This document shows, in pieces, positions 45,071 to 53,231 of a DNA stretch of 59,271 bases; position 1 is the first letter of the stretch; every line of letters starts with the position of its first letter. The stretch is taken from assembly GCA_944322365.1 (NCBI GenBank), contig CALUOW010000001.1, positions 1-59,271 on the forward strand, in the 5' to 3' direction. Source of the DNA: an uncultured Bacteroides sp. (lineage in GTDB: Bacteria > Bacteroidota > Bacteroidia > Bacteroidales > Bacteroidaceae). Position numbers and translations under genes: made by a program. A model generated the notes under the pieces. The model did no database searches and was not told the DNA's origin. It saw nothing but the letters and a program-made list of their open reading frames with translations.

Positions 45071-45940
45071 TCAATTTCGTTTCGCAAACAAGTTCATCAA
45101 TGCCTTCACATAATCTTGGTCGGTGCGCACTGAGACGTTATCCACATTGCTTTTCGCAAAGGTATCGTTCAGTTCGGCTTGACGATTGACCCACCATTCG
45201 CGATGAGCACGCCGCACGGCCTTCGACGAGGTATCTATCCATTGTTCATGCCCTGTCTCGGCATCCTTTATCTTCATCAATCCCACAGGCGGCAACTCTT
45301 CCACGCGCCGGTCATAAACTTGGATGGCCACTACATCGTGTTTGCGATTAGCAATGGTCATGGCGTTTTTGAAACTTTCTTGGTCGATGAAGTCGGAAAG
45401 GACAAAAGCCGTGCATCGGCGCTTCATGACGTTGGTCAGATATTCCAATCCCAAGCGGATATTGGTTCGCCGGCTCTGAGGGTGGAAATCGAGCAACTCG
45501 CGGATGATGAACAAGATGTGCTTACGTCCTTTCTTGGGCGGAATGAACTTCTCGATACGGTCGGAAAAAAAGATGACCCCAATCTTATCATTGTTTTGGA
45601 TAGCGGAAAAGGCTAACGTAGCGGCTATCTCCGTTACCATGTCTTTCTTCATTTGCTTGACCGTGCCGAACTCTAAACTGCCGGATACATCAACCAATAG
45701 CATCACGGTCAATTCGCGCTCTTCCTCGAATACCTTCACGTATGGTTTATGGAAGCGCGCAGTTACATTCCAGTCAATATCCCGTATATCATCGCCAAAT
45801 TGATATTCGCGCACTTCCGAAAAGGCCATACCCCTCCCCTTGAAGGCTGAATGATATTGCCCTGCAAAGATATTGCTGGATAATCCACGCGTTTTTATCT
45901 CTATCTGACGGACTTTCTTTAATAACTCTGTCGTTTCCAT
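45071..45940 (-). CDS. DUF58 protein
   Basis: FSEVREYQFGDDIRDIDWNVTAR, DVSGS. Confidence 0.92.
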   Translation of the reverse strand: METTELLKKVRQIEIKTRGLSSNIFAGQYHSAFKGRGMAFSEVREYQFGDDIRDIDWNVTARFHKPYVKVFEEERELTVMLLVDVSGSLEFGTVKQMKKDMVTEIAATLAFSAIQNNDKIGVIFFSDRIEKFIPPKKGRKHILFIIRELLDFHPQSRRTNIRLGLEYLTNVMKRRCTAFVLSDFIDQESFKNAMTIANRKHDVVAIQVYDRRVEELPPVGLMKIKDAETGHEQWIDTSSKAVRRAHREWWVNRQAELNDTFAKSNVDNVSVRTDQDYVKALMNLFAKRN

Positions 45941-45952
45941 CTATCCAAAACA

Positions 45953-46948
45953 TCAAGGCACTTCTACTTTATTCAATATTTTGCTCACGATTTCATCCGA
46001 AGTTATGTTGCTGGCTTCGGCCTCGTAAGTCAAACCGATGCGATGGCGCAATACATCGTGAGCCACCGCACGCACATCTTCCGGGATGACATATCCACGA
46101 CGTTTGATGAAGGCATAGCTGCGGGCTGCCAAAGCCAAGTTGATGGAAGCACGGGGAGAACCTCCGAAACCTATCATGCCTTTCAGTTCCTTCAAATCGT
46201 ATTTTTCGGGATAACGCGTAGCAAACACGATGTCTACGATATACTTTTCAATCTTCTCGTCCAAATAAACTTGGCGCACGACTTTCCGCGCTTCGATAAT
46301 CTCATTAGCTTTCAATATCGGCTTGATAGCTTGCTTTTCTCCAGAGATATTTTGACGAATGATTTGCTTTTCTTCCTCCAACTTGGGATAGTCGATGACC
46401 ACTTTCAACATGAAACGGTCCACTTGGGCTTCGGGAAGCGGATACGTGCCTTCTTGCTCGATGGGATTCTGCGTAGCCATCACCAAGAAAGGTTCAGGCA
46501 GCCGGAAGGTTTCGCTTCCAATGGTCACCTGACGCTCTTGCATCGCCTCCAACAAAGCGCTCTGTACTTTGGCCGGAGCACGGTTAATTTCATCAGCCAA
46601 AATGAAGTTAGCAAAAATGGGGCCTTTCTTTACTTGGAAAGTCTCATCCTTTTGACTATAAATCATGGTGCCTATCACATCGGCCGGCAACAAGTCCGGA
46701 GTAAACTGGATGCGACTATATTGGGCATCAATCAGAGAAGCCAAGGTCTTAATGGCCAATGTCTTTGCCAATCCGGGCACACCTTCCAGCAACACATGTC
46801 CATCAGACAAAAGCCCGATTAATAATGATTCAATCAAATGCTTCTGCCCTACAATGACCTGATCCATACCGGCGGTTATATTGGTCACAAAAGCACTTTG
46901 TTTTTCAATCCGCTCATTCAGTTCGCGAATATCAACTATTTCAGCCAT
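45953..46948 (-). CDS. moxR: MoxR-family AAA+ ATPase
   Basis: GVPGLAKT, RIQFTPDLLPAD, DEINRA, ATQNPIE; TACTTTTG promoter at 47016-47023 (minus). Confidence 0.95.
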   Translation of the reverse strand: MAEIVDIRELNERIEKQSAFVTNITAGMDQVIVGQKHLIESLLIGLLSDGHVLLEGVPGLAKTLAIKTLASLIDAQYSRIQFTPDLLPADVIGTMIYSQKDETFQVKKGPIFANFILADEINRAPAKVQSALLEAMQERQVTIGSETFRLPEPFLVMATQNPIEQEGTYPLPEAQVDRFMLKVVIDYPKLEEEKQIIRQNISGEKQAIKPILKANEIIEARKVVRQVYLDEKIEKYIVDIVFATRYPEKYDLKELKGMIGFGGSPRASINLALAARSYAFIKRRGYVIPEDVRAVAHDVLRHRIGLTYEAEASNITSDEIVSKILNKVEVP

Positions 46949-47120
46949 AAACTTATCTATTTTAGTTATTCTATTTTTTGGTTCATTTCTTGAAAGTCAT
47001 TTTCCTTTCGGCTTCCAAAAGTACGGCAATAAATTAACCATGCCAACTAATTTTCATTAAAAAACTATGCGAAACCTTTAGATTAAACTACTTTCATATT
47101 TCACCCGCATTTTAATGCCT

Positions 47121-47867
47121 TCAAAGCGGAGTACGCGAATGCATCCATAGGATGGTGTCCTTCTTGGATGCGGTTTGCTCGGAGATAGTTTGCCGGATGG
47201 AGTCAGTCTTTTTCTCCACCTGATGAAGCAAGGTATCGACTTCTACACGCTGCGTGTTCTTAGGCTTGGATATTTTTTGGCGGGCGCTCCAATAGCTATA
47301 TGCAAAAAAGCCGATAGCGCCTATCAATGCCACGAGGAATACAAGCAATATCCTTTTGAAAAAGAGATGTTGCCGGAGACGTTTGTTTCTCGTTTCCCTT
47401 GAGTTTATCGGATACACGGGCATTGCTTTCGTCTCTTCCTCGCGCTTTCCGTTTTCGTTTTCTTCTGAAAAGGCAACTTCTCTGTTTTCATCTGCAAGCG
47501 AAGGCTGATTTTCAGATCCTTCTTTCTTGTCGTCAAAGACAGTATGCTCATGCAAGATTACTGTCTCAAAATGCGCAAACGGTTTATTGATAATATCCCT
47601 CAAAGACGGATCCGGCGTAAAAGACACTTTGGTGTAACCAGGAATTTCAAATCTCTCCTTAGTTTGGATATTGACGCTTTCGCGCGGATCCATTTCAATC
47701 AGCTTGAAGACACCAAAACCTTTGATCTTTACATACTTGTCTTTTTCCAACGCATCTTCTATTTGGGCAAAAAACTCTCTGACAAATTGTTCAGCCTTTT
47801 CCTGCTTCACCCCACTTCGTTGAGCAAATAAAGCCGACAATTCTTGTATGTTCAGTTTTTCGTCCAT
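47121..47867 (-). CDS. HU/IHF-domain protein with a transmembrane helix
   Basis: VKIKGFGVF..VSFTPD HU domain, acidic linker, ILLVFLVALIGAIGFFAY. Confidence 0.85.
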   Translation of the reverse strand: MDEKLNIQELSALFAQRSGVKQEKAEQFVREFFAQIEDALEKDKYVKIKGFGVFKLIEMDPRESVNIQTKERFEIPGYTKVSFTPDPSLRDIINKPFAHFETVILHEHTVFDDKKEGSENQPSLADENREVAFSEENENGKREEETKAMPVYPINSRETRNKRLRQHLFFKRILLVFLVALIGAIGFFAYSYWSARQKISKPKNTQRVEVDTLLHQVEKKTDSIRQTISEQTASKKDTILWMHSRTPL

Positions 47868-47891
47868 AAATAGAAAATGTTCAAATCCTTA

Positions 47892-48164
47892 TCATTTGAA
47901 TTTGTCTTTCAATGCGCTGCTCGGCTTATAAGAAAGTATTAATTTAGGAGGAACTAACATGCGTTGTTTCGTCAGGGGACTGACGGAAACACGCTCCATC
48001 TTCTTCTTTACTTCAAACACGCCAAAGCCTTGTATGCAAATAGGATTCCCTTCTTCCCATTGTTGGGTCATTTCTTCCAACAAAGAAGCCATCAAATCGG
48101 AAGTTTCCTTCAACGAATATCCTGAACGACTCGCCAATCCTGCTATGAAATCCTTATTATTCAT
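47892..48164 (-). CDS. HU-family DNA-binding protein
   Basis: 90 aa, IQGFGVFEV, VPPK...YKPS. Confidence 0.9.
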   Translation of the reverse strand: MNNKDFIAGLASRSGYSLKETSDLMASLLEEMTQQWEEGNPICIQGFGVFEVKKKMERVSVSPLTKQRMLVPPKLILSYKPSSALKDKFK

Positions 48165-48171
48165 GCTCTTC

Positions 48172-49479
48172 TCAGTAAGAAACTATTTCTCCATAGAGGT
48201 CATAATCATCCGCTTGGATGATCCGCGCCACGTAAAATTCACCTATTTGCAATTCGGGCATGCCCTTGCGTTCAATCAAGATTTCAGGATCCACCTCCGG
48301 AGAATCAAACTCGCTTCGACCCACGTAGTAATCGCCTTCTATGCGGTCGATAATGACTTTCATTTGTTTTCCTATCTTTGCCGCTCCCAATTCGGCGGAT
48401 ATTTCCTCTTGGATGGCCATCAGTTCGTCCAATCGTTCTTCTTTAATCTCCTGAGGCACATCGTCTTGATAGTGGTTTGCAGAATAAGTCCCTTCTTCTT
48501 CCGAATAGGCAAAGGCTCCCATCCGGTCGAAGCGAACCTTCCGGACAAACTCTTTCAACTCCTCAAAATCTTCCTCTGTTTCTCCGGGGAAACCCACCAT
48601 CAATGTGGTGCGCAAATGGATGCCCGGCACCTCTTGGCGGAATTTTTCAATCAAGCGATAAGTCTCCTCCTTGGTTACATTCCGCCGCATCCGTGCCAAC
48701 ATTTTGTCGCTGATATGTTGCAAGGCGATGTCCATATATTTGCAAACATTAGGACATTCGCGCATCACCTCGAACAATTCCTCCGGGAAATGCGCCGGAT
48801 AGGCATAATGAAGCCGAATCCATTCGACGCCGGGGATGTCTGCCATACGTTTGATGAGTTCGGGCAAGGCTTGCTTTTTATACAAGTCCACCCCGTAATA
48901 GGTCAACTCTTGGGCAATGACTTGAAATTCCTTCACGCCCCGTTGCACCAAGTATTTGACTTCATCCAGTATCTCTTCCATCGGACGCGATATGTGCTTG
49001 CCTGTGATGAGAGGGATGGCGCAATAGGCGCAAGTGCGGTCGCATCCCTCCGATATTTTCAAGTAGGCATAATGGGAGGGAGTGGTCAATACCCGCTCTG
49101 CATGAAGCTGTTCATCGTAGTTCTTTCCCAAGTCCTGTAACAATTCTTTCCAATTGAATTTTCCATAGAACTTATCCACTTGCGGAATTTCCACGGACAA
49201 ATCCTTCAGATAACGTTCGGAGAGGCATCCCATGACATAGAGCTTCTTCAGGCGTCCTTCTTCCTTGGCTTGCGCAAACGCCAAAATCATTTCGATGGAT
49301 TCTTCCTTTGCGTCGCCAATGAAGCCGCATGTGTTGATGACGGCTATTTCTCCTTCCGGACATCCGGCGTCATGAGTGACATGATAGCCGTTTGCCTCCA
49401 ATTGGCGCATCAGACGCTCCGAATCCACTAGATTCTTCGAACAGCCTAACGTGATGATATCTATCGTGTTACGTTTCAT
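48172..49479 (-). CDS. rimO: Ribosomal protein S12 methylthiotransferase
   Basis: LGCSKNLVDSE, CDRTCAYC radical SAM motif, SPEVD TRAM region. Confidence 0.95.
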   Translation of the reverse strand: MKRNTIDIITLGCSKNLVDSERLMRQLEANGYHVTHDAGCPEGEIAVINTCGFIGDAKEESIEMILAFAQAKEEGRLKKLYVMGCLSERYLKDLSVEIPQVDKFYGKFNWKELLQDLGKNYDEQLHAERVLTTPSHYAYLKISEGCDRTCAYCAIPLITGKHISRPMEEILDEVKYLVQRGVKEFQVIAQELTYYGVDLYKKQALPELIKRMADIPGVEWIRLHYAYPAHFPEELFEVMRECPNVCKYMDIALQHISDKMLARMRRNVTKEETYRLIEKFRQEVPGIHLRTTLMVGFPGETEEDFEELKEFVRKVRFDRMGAFAYSEEEGTYSANHYQDDVPQEIKEERLDELMAIQEEISAELGAAKIGKQMKVIIDRIEGDYYVGRSEFDSPEVDPEILIERKGMPELQIGEFYVARIIQADDYDLYGEIVSY

Positions 49480-50435
49480 TTGTTTTCTCCAAACAAAGAA
49501 TCTACAAATTCATTCTTACGGAAGATTTGCAAGTCTTCCATCCCTTCGCCCAAACCGATGTATTTCACGGGGATTTTGAATTGGTCGGATATGCCAATCA
49601 CAACGCCACCTTTGGCCGTGCCATCCAACTTGGTGACGGCCATGGACGTGACTTCCGTGGCAAGCGTGAATTGCTTGGCTTGCTCGAAGGCGTTTTGTCC
49701 GGTGGAGCCGTCCAACACCAGCAAAACTTCTTGGGGAGCTTCGGGCATTACTTTCTTCATCACATTCTTTATCTTGGTCAATTCGTTCATCAATCCCACT
49801 TTGTTATGCAAGCGTCCGGCCGTGTCGATAATCACGACATCCGCCTTGTTGGCCACCGCCGAGCTGAGCGTGTCAAAAGCTACGGATGCGGGGTCGGAGC
49901 CCATCTTTTGCTTAATCACCGGCACGCCCACGCGTTCGCCCCAAATCACCAATTGCTCTACGGCGGCCGCACGGAAGGTATCGGCGGCGCCCAGATAAAC
50001 CGACTTTCCGGCTTTCTTGAATTGGTAGGCCAGCTTCCCGATAGTGGTCGTCTTGCCCACTCCGTTCACGCCTACCACCATAATTACATAGGGAGGCTTG
50101 GCAATGGGTGCTTCGAAATCGTCCACGTCTCCCGAATTGTTCTCGGCCAGCAGAGCCGCGATCTCTTCCCGCAAAATCCGGTTCAACTCTTGCGTGTTCA
50201 TGTATTTGTCCGAAGCCACGCGCTTTTCGATGCGCTCGATAATCTTCAAAGTGGTTTCCACGCCCACATCCGAAGTTATCAGTACCTCTTCCAAGTTATC
50301 CAGCACTTCATCGTCCACCTTGGACTTCCCGGCCACGGCGCGCGCTATCTTGCCAAACACGCTTTCCTTGGTCTTGGACAGGCCCTTGTCCAGGGTTTCC
50401 TTCTTTTCTTTCGAGAAAAAACTAAATATTCCCAT
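49476..50435 (-). CDS. ftsY: SRP receptor
   Basis: GVNGVGKTTT, DTFRAAA, DTAGR, TKLDGTAKGG. Confidence 0.97.
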   Translation of the reverse strand: MGIFSFFSKEKKETLDKGLSKTKESVFGKIARAVAGKSKVDDEVLDNLEEVLITSDVGVETTLKIIERIEKRVASDKYMNTQELNRILREEIAALLAENNSGDVDDFEAPIAKPPYVIMVVGVNGVGKTTTIGKLAYQFKKAGKSVYLGAADTFRAAAVEQLVIWGERVGVPVIKQKMGSDPASVAFDTLSSAVANKADVVIIDTAGRLHNKVGLMNELTKIKNVMKKVMPEAPQEVLLVLDGSTGQNAFEQAKQFTLATEVTSMAVTKLDGTAKGGVVIGISDQFKIPVKYIGLGEGMEDLQIFRKNEFVDSLFGENK

Positions 50436-50519
50436 ATCACGATTGTTTATTACAAGACATTCTCTTGCAAAGATATATAAAACTGACGAAATATAAAAAT
50501 CCGTTTCCTATTTTGAGGG

Positions 50520-50562
50520 AAAAGAAATCCCCTCATCAACCTTATTGGCCGACAAGGGGATT
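50520..50562 (-). terminator. Terminator of the rpmB operon
   Basis: AATCCCCT / AGGGGATT stem, T-rich tail on minus. Confidence 0.6.
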
Positions 50563-50592
50563 GTATATCCGGCATTTGCTAATGCTTTCTTC

Positions 50593-50751
50593 TTATTTCT
50601 TGAAAAAGTCCTGAACTTTTTCATTGGCTACCATTTGCTCGTCAAAAATGTAAGCACCGGTCTTCGGAGACTTGACCATCTTGATAACCTTCGTGTATGC
50701 ACGACCTTCTTTAGAGCCTTCGTGCAAACTTGCTACTGTTTTCTTTGCCAT
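50593..50751 (-). CDS. DUF4295 small protein (Bacteroidota ribosomal protein bL38-like), missing from the ORF track
   Basis: 52 aa MAKKTVASLHEGSKEGRAYTKVIKMVKSPKTGAYIFDEQMVANEKVQDFFKK directly after rpmG. Confidence 0.88.
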   Translation of the reverse strand: MAKKTVASLHEGSKEGRAYTKVIKMVKSPKTGAYIFDEQMVANEKVQDFFKK

Positions 50752-50776
50752 GAGTGGTTATTGTTTTTGGGGTGAT

Positions 50777-50965
50777 TTACTTGATTTCTTTATGAACCGT
50801 TACTCTCTTCAGGATGGGATTGTATTTCTTCAACTCCAATCTTTCGGTCGTATTCTTTCTGTTCTTCGTCGTGATGTAACGAGACGTGCCCGGCATGCCG
50901 CTGGCCTTGTGCTCGGTGCATTCCAAAATCACTTGAACTCTGTTACCTTTTGCTTTCTTTGCCAT
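50777..50965 (-). CDS. rpmG: 50S ribosomal protein L33
   Basis: [21 protein letters not shown]. Confidence 0.97.
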   Translation of the reverse strand: MAKKAKGNRVQVILECTEHKASGMPGTSRYITTKNRKNTTERLELKKYNPILKRVTVHKEIK

Positions 50966-50987
50966 TTTTCGTAATCTCCTCTATTTT

Positions 50988-51248
50988 TTAGCCGATAACT
51001 TTAATGTCTTTCCAATCGCAATAACCTTTTGCGACGGCTTCCTTCAAAGCTGCATCCAAGCCTTTCTTGTTAATAACACGCAGCCCGTTAGCACAAATGC
51101 TAAGGCTGATCCAACAATCTTGCTCTACATAGTAGAACTTCTTGTTAAACAAGTTCAAATCGAAAGTTCTTTTGGTTCTTCTTTTCGAATGTGAAACATT
51201 GTTGCCAATCATGGCTTTCTTTCCGGTAATTTGACAAATCTTCGACAT
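50988..51248 (-). CDS. rpmB: 50S ribosomal protein L28
   Basis: CQITGK..GNNVSHS. Confidence 0.97.
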   Translation of the reverse strand: MSKICQITGKKAMIGNNVSHSKRRTKRTFDLNLFNKKFYYVEQDCWISLSICANGLRVINKKGLDAALKEAVAKGYCDWKDIKVIG

Positions 51249-51508
51249 CTCTATCTCTTTTTTATAGTTTTTATCTATTGCTTATTTCAAACAGAGCGCA
51301 AAGTAAGCACTTTTATTGGTAACACACAAGTTTTTTCCCTAATAATTCATTGCGTAATAGCATTTTTCCCGTTTTTGGGGGAAGAAATGCTGTTTTTCCA
51401 CGTTCTGGGAGGGTTGCAGGGAGTGAATCTTCGCGTCCGCTGGCCAATGGCCTCCTTCTTGCCGGCTCTTCCCAAGCAGGTATGCCTTCCATTAAGATAG
51501 GAATCACT

Positions 51509-51976
51509 TTATCCCAACAAATCGGCCAACAGGCGCAAAGCATCTTGGATGGTGCGCCGGACGTTTCCGCTCCTCCCCAAGTCGCCTTCTTCTTGGCGAG
51601 TCACGATTTTGCCTTTGCACGCCACGGCCATCCAAATAGTGCCCACAGGTTTTTGCGGGGTTCCCCCTCCAGGGCCGGCTATGCCCGAAGTGGCTATGGC
51701 GCAGTCGGTCTTCAATGTATCCATTGCCCCGCGCGCCATCTCGATGACGGTTTCCTGACTCACCGCCCCGTGTTTCTCCAAGGTTTCGGGAGACACGTGC
51801 AGAAGGCTCGTCTTCACTTCGTTGGAGTAAGCCACGATGCCTCCTTTGAAATACTCCGAACTGCCGGGGACGGACGTTATCAAAGCTGCCACGCCCCCAC
51901 CCGTGCAACTTTCGGCGGTGGAAAGGGTCATTTTCTGACTTTTGAGCAATTCACCCACTTTTTCTTCAATGTTCAT
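51509..51976 (-). CDS. cinA: CinA C-terminal domain / NMN deamidase (PncC-like)
   Basis: [20 protein letters not shown]. Confidence 0.88.
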   Translation of the reverse strand: MNIEEKVGELLKSQKMTLSTAESCTGGGVAALITSVPGSSEYFKGGIVAYSNEVKTSLLHVSPETLEKHGAVSQETVIEMARGAMDTLKTDCAIATSGIAGPGGGTPQKPVGTIWMAVACKGKIVTRQEEGDLGRSGNVRRTIQDALRLLADLLG

Positions 51977-52016
51977 ACTGCGTATTTCCTATAAAATCAC
52001 ACATTTGTTTCCTTTT

Positions 52017-52082
52017 GTCTTTGTCTCGGCGAGTGCCTGCCTTTGTTTCGGCGAGTGAGCGTCAAGTCCTCGGCGAGTGAAA
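52017..52082. repeat. 22-bp tandem repeat, 3 copies, between tsaD and cinA (array G); inverted relative of array F
   Basis: TCGGCGAGTG at 52026, 52048, 52070; reverse complement of 52061-52082 is identical to 41787-41808. Confidence 0.88.
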
Positions 52083-52108
52083 AGCTCTCCTTAGGACTTC
52101 TTGCGGCC

Positions 52109-53131
52109 CTATTTCAGGGTGACGCGCGAGAAAGCCGGCGCTTCCATCGGGCAGAAATCCTTGTCTTGGTATTTGAAGTAACCCGTAATGGCTATCATGG
52201 CAGCATTATCCGTCGTATAACTGAACTTGGGGATGAAGATTTTCCATCCATAACGCCGGGCATGGTCGCGGAAGGCATTCCGCAATCCGTTGTTGGCGGA
52301 TACGCCACCGGCCACGGCTACCTCTTTTATATTATATTGTTTGGCCGCTTTGCGCAGCTTGTCCATCAGGATGTCCACGATGGTGGCTTCGAGCGATGCA
52401 GCCAAATCCTCCTTGTGATGCTCGATGAAATCAGGATCTTCCTTCATCCAATTGCGCAAGGAATAGAGGAAAGAGGTCTTCAACCCGCTGAAGCTATAAT
52501 CCAATCCGGGGATATGGGGCTTGCTGAATGCAAAGGCTTTCGGATTGCCTTGGCGGGCCAGTTTGTCGATAATAGGTCCGCCGGGATAGCCAAGCCCCAT
52601 CACCTTGGAGCATTTGTCGATGGCTTCGCCGGCCGCATCGTCAATGGTTTGCCCCAGAATCTCCATGTCATTATAGGCTTTCACAAGGACGATTTGCGAA
52701 TTTCCGCCGGAAACGAGCAAACATAAGAAGGGGAAAGCGGGTTGTTCGTTCTCCTCTCCTTCCACTTTAATAAAATGGGCTAACACATGTCCTGTCAGGT
52801 GATTGACGTCTATCATCGGGATATCCAGCGCGCGGGCGAATCCTTTGGCGAAGGAGACGCCTACCAATAGCGAACCCATCAGCCCCGGCCCGCGCGTGAA
52901 GGCCACGGCGCTCAGCTCTTCTTTGGCCACCCCGGCCCGCTTCAGGGCTTCGTGCACCACGGGGACAATATTCTGCTGGTGGGCGCGCGAGGCCAATTCG
53001 GGCACCACGCCTCCATAGGCTTCGTGCACCGCCTGGCTGGCCACTACGTTAGAAAGTAAATATCCGTCCCTTACGACGGCTGCGGAGGTATCGTCGCAAG
53101 ACGACTCTATTCCTAAAATCAGGGTACTCAT
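52109..53131 (-). CDS. tsaD: tRNA N6-adenosine threonylcarbamoyltransferase
   Basis: GIESSCDDT, GGVVPELASRAH, HLTGH, SFSGLKT, DNAAMIA. Confidence 0.96.
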   Translation of the reverse strand: MSTLILGIESSCDDTSAAVVRDGYLLSNVVASQAVHEAYGGVVPELASRAHQQNIVPVVHEALKRAGVAKEELSAVAFTRGPGLMGSLLVGVSFAKGFARALDIPMIDVNHLTGHVLAHFIKVEGEENEQPAFPFLCLLVSGGNSQIVLVKAYNDMEILGQTIDDAAGEAIDKCSKVMGLGYPGGPIIDKLARQGNPKAFAFSKPHIPGLDYSFSGLKTSFLYSLRNWMKEDPDFIEHHKEDLAASLEATIVDILMDKLRKAAKQYNIKEVAVAGGVSANNGLRNAFRDHARRYGWKIFIPKFSYTTDNAAMIAITGYFKYQDKDFCPMEAPAFSRVTLK

Positions 53132-53231
53132 ACGTTATATTTGCATTAAACCTTGCAAAAGTAGTGATAAAAGTAGATTCATAACATATTATTTGCTATT
53201 TTTGTTGGCTGATTACTAAAATTAGTGCCTT

